DNA of 47,766 bases from a virus: the IMG/VR virus record IMGVR_UViG_3300009100_000005; one strand, written 5' to 3'. How positions within the stretch are numbered: the stretch's first letter is position 1; every line of letters begins with the position of its first letter. A program made the position numbers and the translations under genes. The notes below the pieces were generated by a model. It did not search any database. It had not been told where the DNA came from and worked only from the letters and a program-made list of their open reading frames with translations. Shown here one piece after another: positions 23,943-31,798 of this stretch.

Positions 23943-24322
23943 TGGATTACTCCGTAGAAATCCATCAAACGTTCCGAGAAGTCGGGCAGCTCTATATCTT
24001 CCGGCCAAATTGGATCGTTGTCTGCCAGAACTGCCGCCACTACTTCTTCGTGTCCCTTCTCTGCTGATTCCCACGATGTGTAGTATCGTTCCTTCATATG
24101 ATGGTCGCCTCCGACTATCATAGTCTGAAACGTCTGTGGGTTTTGTTTATCCGAGAATGGCGTACTATGCGCCAAGAATACTGTTAGGATATACGTCCCA
24201 TCGTCCAGTTCAGTTGACGCAACGGTACGATTCTCCATATTCTTCTGTAGCCATTGGACCCATACGTCGAATGAATCCGCAAGAATAGGCTTCTTTACTT
24301 CATTCAAGACATAAAGCCACAT
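23939..24322 (-). CDS. hypothetical protein
   Basis: 127-aa ORF with a GGAGG SD; stop TAA lies in motif 23928. Confidence 0.6.
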   Translation of the reverse strand: MWLYVLNEVKKPILADSFDVWVQWLQKNMENRTVASTELDDGTYILTVFLAHSTPFSDKQNPQTFQTMIVGGDHHMKERYYTSWESAEKGHEEVVAAVLADNDPIWPEDIELPDFSERLMDFYGVIH

Positions 24323-24331
24323 AGTGACCTC

Positions 24332-24532
24332 CTATTTTTTTGATTGTTGTTTGATACGCATTACTGTTAAAGCGATTAAGTCTCTACCAGTAACCGCTTT
24401 ATCACCACGTTCGACAAGGCCGTCGCAGACCAATTTCATTTGATCTAAGGCGTACAAATAGTCCACATTCGCTTCTTTGGCTACGTGAACTAATATTGAT
24501 CTTACGGCGGCCTCAAGGATTTTATCATCCAT
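24332..24532 (-). CDS. hypothetical protein
   Basis: 66-aa ORF; ATG 13 nt after motif 24546-24560 with GGAGG. Confidence 0.55.
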   Translation of the reverse strand: MDDKILEAAVRSILVHVAKEANVDYLYALDQMKLVCDGLVERGDKAVTGRDLIALTVMRIKQQSKK

Positions 24533-24545
24533 AAAGCCTCCAAGA

Positions 24546-24560
24546 CTAAAGTTACTTTAG
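24546..24560. repeat. junction palindrome CTAAAGTTACTTTAG
   Basis: Exact; holds the stop of 24557-24952; 13 nt upstream of ATG 24532. Confidence 0.95.
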
Positions 24561-24952
24561 CCTGCGATTGCTGCTTTTGTTAGTGGTTTATCTTTGCAGG
24601 TATTGCACACTCGCTGTAGGTAAAACGGTTCCCCTATCGGATACGACTTATTGTTGCGCAGAATATTGATGGCTTGAAAGTATCCGCAGCAATCTGCATA
24701 GTAAGGGATGCCCTTGACTCTGGTTGATGCATTAGCCCCGTATACTTTCCTAGCAACAAAGATTGCTGCTTGGTCGTAAGAGATAGCAAGAACGGTTGAT
24801 AGATTTTTGGGATTAGTACCTACACGAAATGTATATCGAACTTGGTGTGTTCTACTAGGAAGGGTATTGTCTAAGGTATGCCCGTCTACCGGACGGACGG
24901 ATGAACTTATGCTCGTTTGACTTGTCATTGTAACTTCTCCGCTAAAGACCAT
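24557..24952 (-). CDS. hypothetical protein (first gene after the 0.94-kb non-coding gap)
   Basis: 131-aa ORF; ATG 12 nt after motif 24965-24979; stop lies in motif 24546. Confidence 0.6.
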   Translation of the reverse strand: MVFSGEVTMTSQTSISSSVRPVDGHTLDNTLPSRTHQVRYTFRVGTNPKNLSTVLAISYDQAAIFVARKVYGANASTRVKGIPYYADCCGYFQAINILRNNKSYPIGEPFYLQRVCNTCKDKPLTKAAIAG

Positions 24953-24964
24953 AAGAGGGAAATC

Positions 24965-24979
24965 CTAAAGTTACTTTAG
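24965..24979. repeat. junction palindrome CTAAAGTTACTTTAG
   Basis: Exact; 12 nt upstream of ATG 24952. Confidence 0.95.
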
Positions 24980-25006
24980 CAAAAAAGATTTGGGATGTGA
25001 GGTGGG

Positions 25007-25295
25007 AACGGTACAGGCTAATCCGTGTGACATCTGCTAGAATGAGGCACGGATTAAACTCACCGATACCTGTACCGTTGCCCATAAAGGACATAGACAC
25101 CATAGGTTCCCTCGATTACAAATCTGCGCCGATCTGCGAATCGCACTATGGTGCCTATGCCAGTTATTACTAGCCGCACAGCCCCTGTTAATATAACCAT
25201 ACGGCTAGCACCTAATGGATGGTTGCAATCGCGCTGCCTGTCCCAAGACCGTGGATGTTTTAGCCCAAAGAATTAGCAGCCCGTCCAATCCATTA
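25007..25295. ncRNA. about 290-nt array of four long hairpins (candidate structured RNA or origin element)
   Basis: Pairings: AACGGTACAGG 25007-25017 / CCTGTACCGTT 25069-25079; TAATCCGTG 25019-25027 / CACGGATTA 25048-25056; 25089-25105 / 25146-25161; CTAGCCG 25170-25176 / CGGCTAG 25202-25208; TAATGGAT 25213-25220 / ATCCATTA 25288-25295. Confidence 0.35.
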
Positions 25296-25306
25296 AGATC
25301 GAATAA

Positions 25307-25321
25307 ATAAAGTTACTTTAG
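25307..25321. repeat. palindrome variant ATAAAGTTACTTTAG
   Basis: Core exact; non-coding. Confidence 0.9.
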
Positions 25322-25416
25322 TTGACAATCGCCTCGTAAGAGGATCACAGCTTGTGTCATACTGTGACTCGTCATTTCTAACCGAGGGTGAGGCGTTATC
25401 GTATCGCGCTTGCGAA

Positions 25417-25431
25417 CTAAAGTAACTTTAC
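25417..25431. repeat. palindrome variant CTAAAGTAACTTTAC
   Basis: Core exact; non-coding. Confidence 0.9.
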
Positions 25432-25486
25432 TATCCGAACGCAGTCTCCAAGCGTATCGTAATGATACACTAAAGATTAGAATTTG

Positions 25487-25537
25487 TCAACTACAAAATG
25501 TAGTATGTAGATTACTACATACACTATATGTTGTGGT
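25487..25537. repeat. about 51-nt dyad element, copy A (TCAACTACAAAAT...ACACTATATGTTGTGGT)
   Basis: Shares both ends with 27539-27590, including the identical 17-mer ACACTATATGTTGTGGT (25521-25537); the two ends are imperfect inverted repeats of each other. Confidence 0.7.
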
Positions 25538-25590
25538 ATTGTCCTTGCTGATCGTTTCCAGACCTTGCAAGTATCATCTACAGACGGCAT

Positions 25591-25696
25591 TTCTTTTGCG
25601 ATTAGAAGACCGTGGTAAGCTTTTTATACCGTTGCCTATGCCCTACTATGGACCAAATCAAATGGTATCGGTAACGTAAGAAAACAAAGGAGTTAT
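25591..25696 (+). ncRNA. about 105-nt conserved non-coding element, copy 2
   Basis: Same three blocks with 43-nt and 28-nt spacing, as at 5043-5148. Confidence 0.35.
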
Positions 25697-25758
25697 AGCC
25701 ACACTATGCAATGCATTATAATGAATATGGTAGTAATCTACATAGTACCAAAACTTGT

Positions 25759-25773
25759 CTAAAGTTACTTTAT
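25759..25773. repeat. palindrome variant CTAAAGTTACTTTAT
   Basis: Core exact; non-coding. Confidence 0.9.
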
Positions 25774-25840
25774 TTTCTAAGAGTCTTAGACCTCGCAAGG
25801 TTAGCTTATTGTCTAAGACCTGTCGGGAGGGTAATTTGGA

Positions 25841-25881
25841 CAAAAAAATAGGCTACCCACAACCCTCCTTGTAGGTAGCCT
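25841..25881 (-). terminator. Rho-independent terminator-like hairpin after gene 25891-26115
   Basis: AGGCTACC 25850-25857 pairs with GGTAGCCT 25874-25881; on the minus strand it is followed by ATTTTTTTG; the 16-nt loop makes it weak. Confidence 0.45.
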
Positions 25882-25890
25882 TGAGTTTGC

Positions 25891-26115
25891 TCATCGGACA
25901 TCTTTGATCGAACATATCCAATCGTTTTCGTTTTTGATGTATACGAAATAAACACCAAACGAAAATCGGTAAGACGTAGCAAAAAACCATTCTATGCCAA
26001 GCGCTGTCGCTATTGCAAGAGGATAAGTAACCACGCCATTTTCAAAGTAGTAAATCTTGAAGTTTTGGACATCACAAACCAGATTGCCTTCGACGATTTT
26101 TAGGTCGAAATCCAT
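25891..26115 (-). CDS. hypothetical protein
   Basis: 74-aa ORF with a GAGGGA SD; motif 26135 lies upstream; terminator-like hairpin lies downstream. Confidence 0.5.
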   Translation of the reverse strand: MDFDLKIVEGNLVCDVQNFKIYYFENGVVTYPLAIATALGIEWFFATSYRFSFGVYFVYIKNENDWICSIKDVR

Positions 26116-26134
26116 ATCATTTTTCCCTCAAAAA

Positions 26135-26149
26135 CTAAAGTAACTTTAT
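26135..26149. repeat. palindrome variant CTAAAGTAACTTTAT
   Basis: Core exact; between the ParB-like stop and ATG 26115. Confidence 0.9.
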
Positions 26150-26194
26150 AAAATGAGGGATGGAGTGTATACCGCACACTCCATCCCAATTGAT

Positions 26195-27391
26195 TTAGCT
26201 TTCCTGATCGTCCTCGTACTCCCACGAATTCAACTCGCCGTCGGATTCGTCGTCGTCGTGTGCGTCAGGATGCGTCCGCTCTAATTCAGCAGTATCGCCC
26301 TTGACGGTCGGAGGATTAGTAAGCTTGTCCATTTCCTTCTGTTCATTCGCAGCATTCAAAGCCGCCGCGCGCCGTTTATCGGCGAGGATTTCTTTCTTTG
26401 AACGGAAATCAATCGTTTTGATCCATTCCAAATCCTTACAAATAGCAAGAACTTCGGATTTGGAATAATGCTCTTTACCTAACAGAGCGCCGATAAACAT
26501 CTTGAATGGCAATGGAATCTGAATACCTACTTCGGACGCAAACATCTTTTTCAAGTCGTCACGGCTGAAAGCAGATTTCGGCGTTCCTTTGCCGCCGTCA
26601 GGTGAAGCCACTTGCTTCATATGTGAACGGACGGCATTGCGCGAAAGAGCCTTACCTTGTGTAACCATTTCATCGAGGATAGGCTGAACTTTTGCTTTCA
26701 GCTTGTTATCGTCGATTTTTTTGGTGGTTGGATCACGGAACGCATCAAGAAAGTCTTTTTGCGCAAACTGATCAGAACAAGTGTCGAGGGAAATAATCTC
26801 ATCCTTAACCAGGCTTGCCAAGTATGGCGACTCGTCAACACGCGCAACCTTTGAAATCCACATTTCAGATTTCTTGAGCAATTGCGCGATTTCCTTGTTT
26901 TTCTTGTTCATACCGCGAAATCCTCTGATATACGCGGCAATGGACATAAAAGACTCTTCCACGGTCTTATCATTGATGATAAATTGGGAAGCGAGAAGCT
27001 TATCCATTTCATCCTCTTTGATAACGCAAACGGGAAAGGTCTTATCAAGGAATAGTTGCTCACGTCTGCGAGCAACGTCTACCAGACCGCGACGTTGACG
27101 ACCGGAAATCAGGTAGAAATTACCATCTTTCCTCAGAAAACCTTGCGTCGGTACGCGAATGTAATTCTCTTTTATGTCGAGATACATTTCGGTAAGGTTA
27201 TCGTAAACCTCTTTCTTCAAAGACATTTTAGAGTCTTTGTCGAAATACATACGCTCCCAAATGGAAACGTACTCATCGCGTTCACTGCCAAGCTGCGGAA
27301 TGACATCCGTAGCAGATTTGACATTATCAAACGGAACGTTTACGAAATCGCCCGGTCGAATGATATTCTTTTGCGTCTTTTCTGTAGCCAT
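26195..27391 (-). CDS. ParB/KorB-like protein (ParB N-terminal domain plus HTH)
   Basis: Track ORF trimmed to ATG 27391 (AAGGAG SD); YLISGRQRRGL resembles the ParB GxRR box; NKEIAQLLKKSEMWISKV resembles the ParB HTH; acidic C-terminus. Confidence 0.55.
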   Translation of the reverse strand: MATEKTQKNIIRPGDFVNVPFDNVKSATDVIPQLGSERDEYVSIWERMYFDKDSKMSLKKEVYDNLTEMYLDIKENYIRVPTQGFLRKDGNFYLISGRQRRGLVDVARRREQLFLDKTFPVCVIKEDEMDKLLASQFIINDKTVEESFMSIAAYIRGFRGMNKKNKEIAQLLKKSEMWISKVARVDESPYLASLVKDEIISLDTCSDQFAQKDFLDAFRDPTTKKIDDNKLKAKVQPILDEMVTQGKALSRNAVRSHMKQVASPDGGKGTPKSAFSRDDLKKMFASEVGIQIPLPFKMFIGALLGKEHYSKSEVLAICKDLEWIKTIDFRSKKEILADKRRAAALNAANEQKEMDKLTNPPTVKGDTAELERTHPDAHDDDESDGELNSWEYEDDQES

Positions 27392-27417
27392 TTCTATTCT
27401 CCTTAAGGAAAAAAGGA

Positions 27418-27432
27418 CTAAAGTAACTTTAT
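27418..27432. repeat. palindrome variant CTAAAGTAACTTTAT
   Basis: Core exact; 26 nt upstream of the ParB-like ATG 27391. Confidence 0.9.
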
Positions 27433-27468
27433 TATTTGCTCTCAGGCACAAGCGTATGCGCCTTGCAA

Positions 27469-27483
27469 ATAAAGTAACTTTAG
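27469..27483. repeat. palindrome variant ATAAAGTAACTTTAG
   Basis: Core exact; upstream of the ParB-like gene. Confidence 0.9.
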
Positions 27484-27538
27484 TCAAATTGTCAAATATC
27501 TGATCTAAAAAAGAGCATACGCTCTAATTTAGTGGCTG

Positions 27539-27607
27539 TCAACCACAAAATATGGTAGTGTAAACAATCGTTGACACTATATGTTGTGGTGTAAACAATC
27601 GTTTACA
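27539..27607. repeat. about 52-nt dyad element, copy B, plus GTGTAAACAATCGTT direct repeat
   Basis: TCAACCACAAAAT at 27539-27551; 17-mer at 27574-27590; GTGTAAACAATCGTT at 27558-27572 and 27589-27603; the second copy forms the palindrome TGTAAAC-aatc-GTTTACA (27590-27607). Confidence 0.7.
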
Positions 27608-27695
27608 CATACATACTCTGTGATTAAATTGATAAAGAACTGTGAGCAAACCACTTTATTCAACACAGGCAAGTTTGCTCTATCCTGTGGACGCC

Positions 27696-27710
27696 CTAAA
27701 GTTACTTTAG
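27696..27710. repeat. junction palindrome CTAAAGTTACTTTAG
   Basis: Exact; non-coding. Confidence 0.95.
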
Positions 27711-27877
27711 AGCGTTTCTGTTTAACGCCAAAACAACGGAAAGCTAATCATAAGCTTTACCTTGCCAATTCTAAACCATTTGGTATAAGTCTTGCTAGGC
27801 TTAAGAAAATAGTTCTTAACTGGCGCGGTACGATAGCCTTTGTTCATAGGCACATAGAAATGGTTAAGCATATTTCC

Positions 27878-28132
27878 TCATTCGTCAAATGCGAAATCTT
27901 CGCCATTTATGGCGTAGACAGCGCGAAACGTTTTGATTGTAAATCCATCTAACAGATAATCATTTACCATATCTTGTGTAACGTGGTAACTCTTATCGTC
28001 AGACGAATTACGCTCTAATACAATAAGCTTAACGGCAGACTCGAATTCAATGAAGTATTCGACGCCGTTACGCTCGCGGCATCTGATAGAAATAGCTTCT
28101 GCCATTTCTTTTTCTATTTTTGGCATAAGCAT
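27878..28132 (-). CDS. hypothetical protein (first gene of the leftward block)
   Basis: 84-aa ORF with an AAGGAT SD. Confidence 0.5.
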   Translation of the reverse strand: MLMPKIEKEMAEAISIRCRERNGVEYFIEFESAVKLIVLERNSSDDKSYHVTQDMVNDYLLDGFTIKTFRAVYAINGEDFAFDE

Positions 28133-28409
28133 ATCCTTTCGTTTTTCAATGTTAAAAAATAGTGGGAGTGATGATACTTCATCGTGTTAGCGATCTACTC
28201 AATCTATCTAAGCTAGTAGACTCAATTGTCAGATACGCATCAGATACTTCGCGTTAATCACTTCCCACTAAATATCAACGAGCGCTATTCGCGCTTTCGC
28301 GCGACAAACGGGTTATCCAAGCTATTGCTTTTTGTTGTCCCGCTTGCACAATGGTAATAAGCAACGTATGTGCCACAATATGAAATCATTGATAGCAATA
28401 GACTTAGGA

Positions 28410-28424
28410 CTAAAGTTACTTTAT
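28410..28424. repeat. palindrome variant CTAAAGTTACTTTAT
   Basis: Core exact; non-coding divergent region. Confidence 0.9.
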
Positions 28425-28582
28425 TTCTGGCCTGTTATTACACCATATCGTATGCTCATTTAGCTATCAAATGAACAAACACAGCTTATCATCAATAAAC
28501 ACAAATAGTTACAGAATATACCAAATGGTAGATTATGTACACCAAATAGTTTAGAGAAAATAAATATATGAGAATAAAGGAA

Positions 28583-28597
28583 ATAAAGTAACTTTAT
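28583..28597. repeat. palindrome variant ATAAAGTAACTTTAT
   Basis: Core exact; non-coding AT-rich region. Confidence 0.9.
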
Positions 28598-28910
28598 CGA
28601 ATGCTTATAAGGATAGTGGGATTGACACAAATGTTTCATAGATGAGATTCTACAGGTGCGCGGTAAGACATACCAAGTTAATTGTTATGTTTATTAGCTT
28701 TATGGTGTATATGGTCGTATGCGTCAAGTGGAGTGTACCATAAGATTAACATATGTAACTGTAATAAAACAAGTAAGATAACCCATTAGATATAGCTACT
28801 TTATTGCTAATATGATGCTATGTAGTAAGCTATATGATGTAACATAAAACTCATTATCAGACGCAACTAATAGATCATATAATAATGAAGAAAGTAGACA
28901 TCTACATAGG

Positions 28911-28925
28911 GTAAAGTAACTTTAG
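28911..28925. repeat. palindrome variant GTAAAGTAACTTTAG
   Basis: Core exact; non-coding. Confidence 0.9.
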
Positions 28926-28973
28926 TACCATAATAATGAAGCCACTACCCATTGACCCATCACCCCTTCTTTG

Positions 28974-29216
28974 ATGTTGACCATCGCTGATATCCCACCA
29001 AAAAAAAATTATATGAGAAAGACAAGTTTAAAGAAGTATGATCTATTAGGTAAAAGATTATCTGATCTAACATTTGAAGAATATGCTTACTTTGCTTCAC
29101 TCCCACTAGAGAAGAGAAGACAAATAGTATTAGATAATTACTTACTACTATATCCTAATACATTATATGCTAATCAAATAATAATGGATAGAAGTAAGAA
29201 GAAAAAGATAAAGTAA
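28974..29216 (+). CDS. hypothetical lysine-rich protein (uncertain)
   Basis: 80-aa ORF in the AT-rich region; no clear SD; stop TAA is the loop of motif 29208-29222. Confidence 0.3.
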   Translation: MLTIADIPPKKNYMRKTSLKKYDLLGKRLSDLTFEEYAYFASLPLEKRRQIVLDNYLLLYPNTLYANQIIMDRSKKKKIK

Positions 29217-29222
29217 CTTTAT
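29208..29222. repeat. palindrome variant ATAAAGTAACTTTAT
   Basis: Core exact; its loop is the stop of ORF 28974-29216. Confidence 0.9.
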
Positions 29223-29353
29223 GGAAAAGTGTTAATAAATTATTCTTCCTTAATAGTCCCACCTTTAATCCTTCCACATTAGAATTCCAAATAATTAGTA
29301 ATTTACACACTGTATGTATGGTGTGATAGTTTATTTATATAAGCCATACGAGT

Positions 29354-29368
29354 CTAAAGTAACTTTAG
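29354..29368. repeat. junction palindrome CTAAAGTAACTTTAG
   Basis: Exact; non-coding. Confidence 0.95.
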
Positions 29369-29386
29369 GTTTTTATTCGTTTTTCC

Positions 29387-29401
29387 CTAAAGTTACTTTA
29401 T
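29387..29401. repeat. palindrome variant CTAAAGTTACTTTAT
   Basis: Core exact; 18 nt after copy 29354. Confidence 0.9.
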
Positions 29402-29438
29402 TCCTTTCGTTGAGGGTTTAGGTTTTGCGCACTGGTAT

Positions 29439-29476
29439 GGAGAGGGAAGATTACAAGTTTTCTCTCTCCTATTTTT
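29439..29476 (+). terminator. terminator/attenuator-like hairpin just upstream of the first late-block gene
   Basis: GGAGAGGGAA 29439-29448 pairs with TTCTCTCTCC 29460-29469 (10 bp, including one G-U that exists only on the plus strand), followed by TATTTTT. Confidence 0.45.
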
Positions 29477-29491
29477 CTAAAGTTACTTTAG
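29477..29491. repeat. junction palindrome CTAAAGTTACTTTAG
   Basis: Exact; 11 nt upstream of ATG 29503. Confidence 0.95.
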
Positions 29492-29502
29492 AGGGAGGTA
29501 AT

Positions 29503-29832
29503 ATGACAAATAGTGGAATAGAAGCTAGATTGAATCTACTTCACGATCAAGTTCTGGTGTTAAAGAGAGACAATCCTAAGATACTAGAACATTTGACCAA
29601 TATTGACAAACAGTTAACTGAGATATGGTCAAAGATAATTCAATTGCAATTTGACGTTGCAAGAATCCGTGGAGGTATACCAGGGAGAGCTTACGTTCAC
29701 AACTTCACTCTGGTAGACAACGATGAAGCGAAGAAACTTTCTAAAGGGATTGTTGACCGCGACACTGAGTTCAATACTCCCACTAAAGAAGCGTACAACC
29801 GTCAACGTAGCGAAAGTGATCCAGAATGCTAA
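29503..29832 (+). CDS. hypothetical coiled-coil protein
   Basis: Track ORF trimmed to ATG 29503, 11 nt after motif 29477-29491 with a GGGAGG SD. Confidence 0.6.
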   Translation: MTNSGIEARLNLLHDQVLVLKRDNPKILEHLTNIDKQLTEIWSKIIQLQFDVARIRGGIPGRAYVHNFTLVDNDEAKKLSKGIVDRDTEFNTPTKEAYNRQRSESDPEC

Positions 29833-29945
29833 TGACGAGTTTTACGTTCAAAGAATAAGTCCAATAGTATGGACGGAAAAAGGTGTTTATTTTTACTATA
29901 ACTCGTTTATCGCAGGTAAACCATCAGGAAGGATGAATAATATCA

Positions 29946-30089
29946 ATGGATAACGAAGAACGAAAGATGCAGCAATGCAAGATAGATCAGTTGCAAAAGC
30001 TTATTGATAGACTGGAATGGGTACAAATTCTGATGTCAGTATATTGTGGGTTAATTACTTTGCTACTGATCATACTGATTCAGAAATAA
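29946..30089 (+). CDS. small C-terminally anchored membrane protein (47 aa, below track cutoff)
   Basis: My translation is MDNEERKMQQCKIDQLQKLIDRLEWVQILMSVYCGLITLLLIILIQK; stop TAA lies in the left arm of motif 30086-30100. Confidence 0.35.
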   Translation: MDNEERKMQQCKIDQLQKLIDRLEWVQILMSVYCGLITLLLIILIQK

Positions 30090-30100
30090 AGTTACTTTAG
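30086..30100. repeat. palindrome variant ATAAAGTTACTTTAG
   Basis: Core exact; fused AGGAG, 8 nt upstream of ATG 30109. Confidence 0.9.
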
Positions 30101-30108
30101 GAGAGAAT

Positions 30109-30345
30109 ATGCCACTTGATCTTTACAATAAAAAAACATCAGAACAAATGAGATGTGGATTCTTTTGGAGAAAAGGTAAGCTTGTTGGTTTTATCGGTGT
30201 TGAGAGTACGATGAATCCAACATTAAGAGGATTCTACACATTTACTGATATGGATCAAGTTAAAGAGTTAAGAACATTTCTGGAAGAATGGGAAAAAGAG
30301 TATAAGGAGAAAAATGAGCGAACCACATCTGCCAATTCCGCCTGA
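30109..30345 (+). CDS. hypothetical protein
   Basis: 78-aa ORF; ATG 8 nt after motif 30086-30100 with a fused AGGAG. Confidence 0.65.
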   Translation: MPLDLYNKKTSEQMRCGFFWRKGKLVGFIGVESTMNPTLRGFYTFTDMDQVKELRTFLEEWEKEYKEKNERTTSANSA

Positions 30346-30982
30346 AGGTTATAGATATTATGTTGCTACCATATTGGGAGTACCATTAAGAGGTATCGAG
30401 ATTTATCAGATAAAAGACCCAGGATATGCTGAGCCTATTACACAATTGGTCGTGCGCGACTTAACGTCTTTGGCCAAGTTGCATCAAGCTTTGTTCAGCT
30501 TGAATATGACTGTTACTAAAGAAAAAGAAGAAGCCAAAAAGATGGGTATCTCTCTTAGTGAGTACCACGCTGTATTGTGTAAGCAAGATGCTGAAAGAAT
30601 GCAGAAAGAATGGGAGGAAGAAGATACTAAAGTTACTTTAGAAGAACATATCAAGCATCTCGAAGATCACTTTGAATTGGAGCGGGAGAGACAAAAGAAA
30701 TTCGCAGCTATAGCTTTCCCACTATTCAATGAGTTATGGATTGCCAGTGTTCGTGGTCCAGAACAACTAATCAAAGCTTTTGGTGTTAGTGAAGAAGTCT
30801 ATGATGAATTGAAGAAAGCGTCTGGAGAAGGCGATACCAATTACGAAGAATATGCCAGAGGCAAAGAAGTCGAGTTTGAGATATACTATAAGCGTGTCCC
30901 TATTGTGATTGAGAACAAAGCATTAGGAAGACAGGTAATTCCAATTTACAGATATGGAAGACTTCCCACTACAAAAATATGA
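30314..30982 (+). CDS. hypothetical protein
   Basis: 222-aa ORF with an AAGGAG SD; internal motif at 30627. Confidence 0.65.
   Translation: MSEPHLPIPPEGYRYYVATILGVPLRGIEIYQIKDPGYAEPITQLVVRDLTSLAKLHQALFSLNMTVTKEKEEAKKMGISLSEYHAVLCKQDAERMQKEWEEEDTKVTLEEHIKHLEDHFELERERQKKFAAIAFPLFNELWIASVRGPEQLIKAFGVSEEVYDELKKASGEGDTNYEEYARGKEVEFEIYYKRVPIVIENKALGRQVIPIYRYGRLPTTKI
30627..30641. repeat. junction palindrome CTAAAGTTACTTTAG
   Basis: Exact; inside 30314-30982. Confidence 0.95.
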
Positions 30983-31433
30983 TAATTATGACGCGCTTGA
31001 ACGCAAGAGATTGGAAGTGGAGATTGCTTCCGCTGTATCCGATAACCAAGTCTCCACTGCGAATGATATAGCAGATCAGTTTGGCATTGATGTTATGGAC
31101 GCTATACGTCTTTTGGGAAGCGATGAATTCTTGGAGACTGTCACGCTGTTCACAAATGCCAAGTTGACTTTGTTATGGCACGGCGAGGCTATTAACAAGT
31201 TACGCGATATTCTCAGAACCGGCGATAATAAAGAGAAGCTCTCTGCGATCAATACTTTGGGCAAGATCAAAGGCGCATTGAAAAGCGGAGTCGAACTCAA
31301 TCTCAATCTGGAAAGGTTGCTGGACGAAGCACACGATAAACCAGTTACTAAAGTTACTTTAGATGAAGACGACGACGTAACAGACTTGTTTCCTGATGAA
31401 AAAGGAACTTACGGTAGAAAGGATCGCAGATGA
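30954..31433 (+). CDS. putative terminase small subunit (HTH protein)
   Basis: N-terminal HTH-like STANDIADQFGIDVMDAIRLL; lies two genes upstream of the large terminase; internal motif at 31348; assignment is positional. Confidence 0.45.
   Translation: MEDFPLQKYDNYDALERKRLEVEIASAVSDNQVSTANDIADQFGIDVMDAIRLLGSDEFLETVTLFTNAKLTLLWHGEAINKLRDILRTGDNKEKLSAINTLGKIKGALKSGVELNLNLERLLDEAHDKPVTKVTLDEDDDVTDLFPDEKGTYGRKDRR
31348..31362. repeat. junction palindrome CTAAAGTTACTTTAG
   Basis: Exact; inside 30954-31433. Confidence 0.95.
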
Positions 31434-31798
31434 CAAATAACATTGGACTTTTTCTAGTTGGTTCAACAGACGATATTGATGCCGAATCAACAGGTTCGAC
31501 AGTTATTACCGATACAGAAGACGACCAATGCCATCCTATGGTTGCTCAGATTGAGGCCGTCGAAGTTGATACGGTAATTACTCCGGCCGTGATTAGCATA
31601 GGTACTAATTCTCCCAATTACGATAATATAGTTCCTGTTGCTTATCTTGGCGTAGTACCATTTGTTGTGCAGAATTTTACTATATCGGCAGTTAGAGTCC
31701 CTGCCAATACTGAAATAAAGGCCAGAGTCGTAACCGCTTCCATTGCCACTGCTCATAAGTTTAGAGTTGCGTTGATGGGGCACAGAGGATTTCCGTGA
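31430..31798 (+). CDS. hypothetical protein
   Basis: 122-aa ORF; ATGA overlap with the upstream gene. Confidence 0.55.
   Translation: MTNNIGLFLVGSTDDIDAESTGSTVITDTEDDQCHPMVAQIEAVEVDTVITPAVISIGTNSPNYDNIVPVAYLGVVPFVVQNFTISAVRVPANTEIKARVVTASIATAHKFRVALMGHRGFP

Noticed and set aside
25410-25843. Track ORFs 25410-25679(+) and 25658-25843(-) in the central gap
   Set aside because: They have alternative starts, no SD and low-complexity or odd composition. They exist largely because the motif is open in one frame. The region is better explained by the conserved non-coding element and a terminator.
27602-27630. Sigma70-type promoter TTTACA-17-TAAATT reading rightward
   Set aside because: The hexamers are plausible, but transcription would run antisense into gene 27878-28132 with no downstream plus-strand gene for 1.3 kb. 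It is reported only as part of the dyad-element finding, not as a feature.
27237-27952. Track ORFs 27237-27503(+) and 27581-27952(+), and the 5' extension of 26195-27487(-)
   Set aside because: They are read-throughs of motif copies (KVTL) and of the dyad region. A strong AAGGAG plus ATG at 27391 defines the ParB-like start. The plus-strand ORFs lack an SD and overlap better minus-strand genes.
29723-29953. Tat-signal-like ORF (MKRRNFLKGLLTATL...)
   Set aside because: The RRxFLK match is striking. However, the ORF overlaps 29503-29832 by 110 nt out of frame, has no SD and lacks an AxA cleavage site. It is kept as unresolved, and it would otherwise leave a 113-nt gap.
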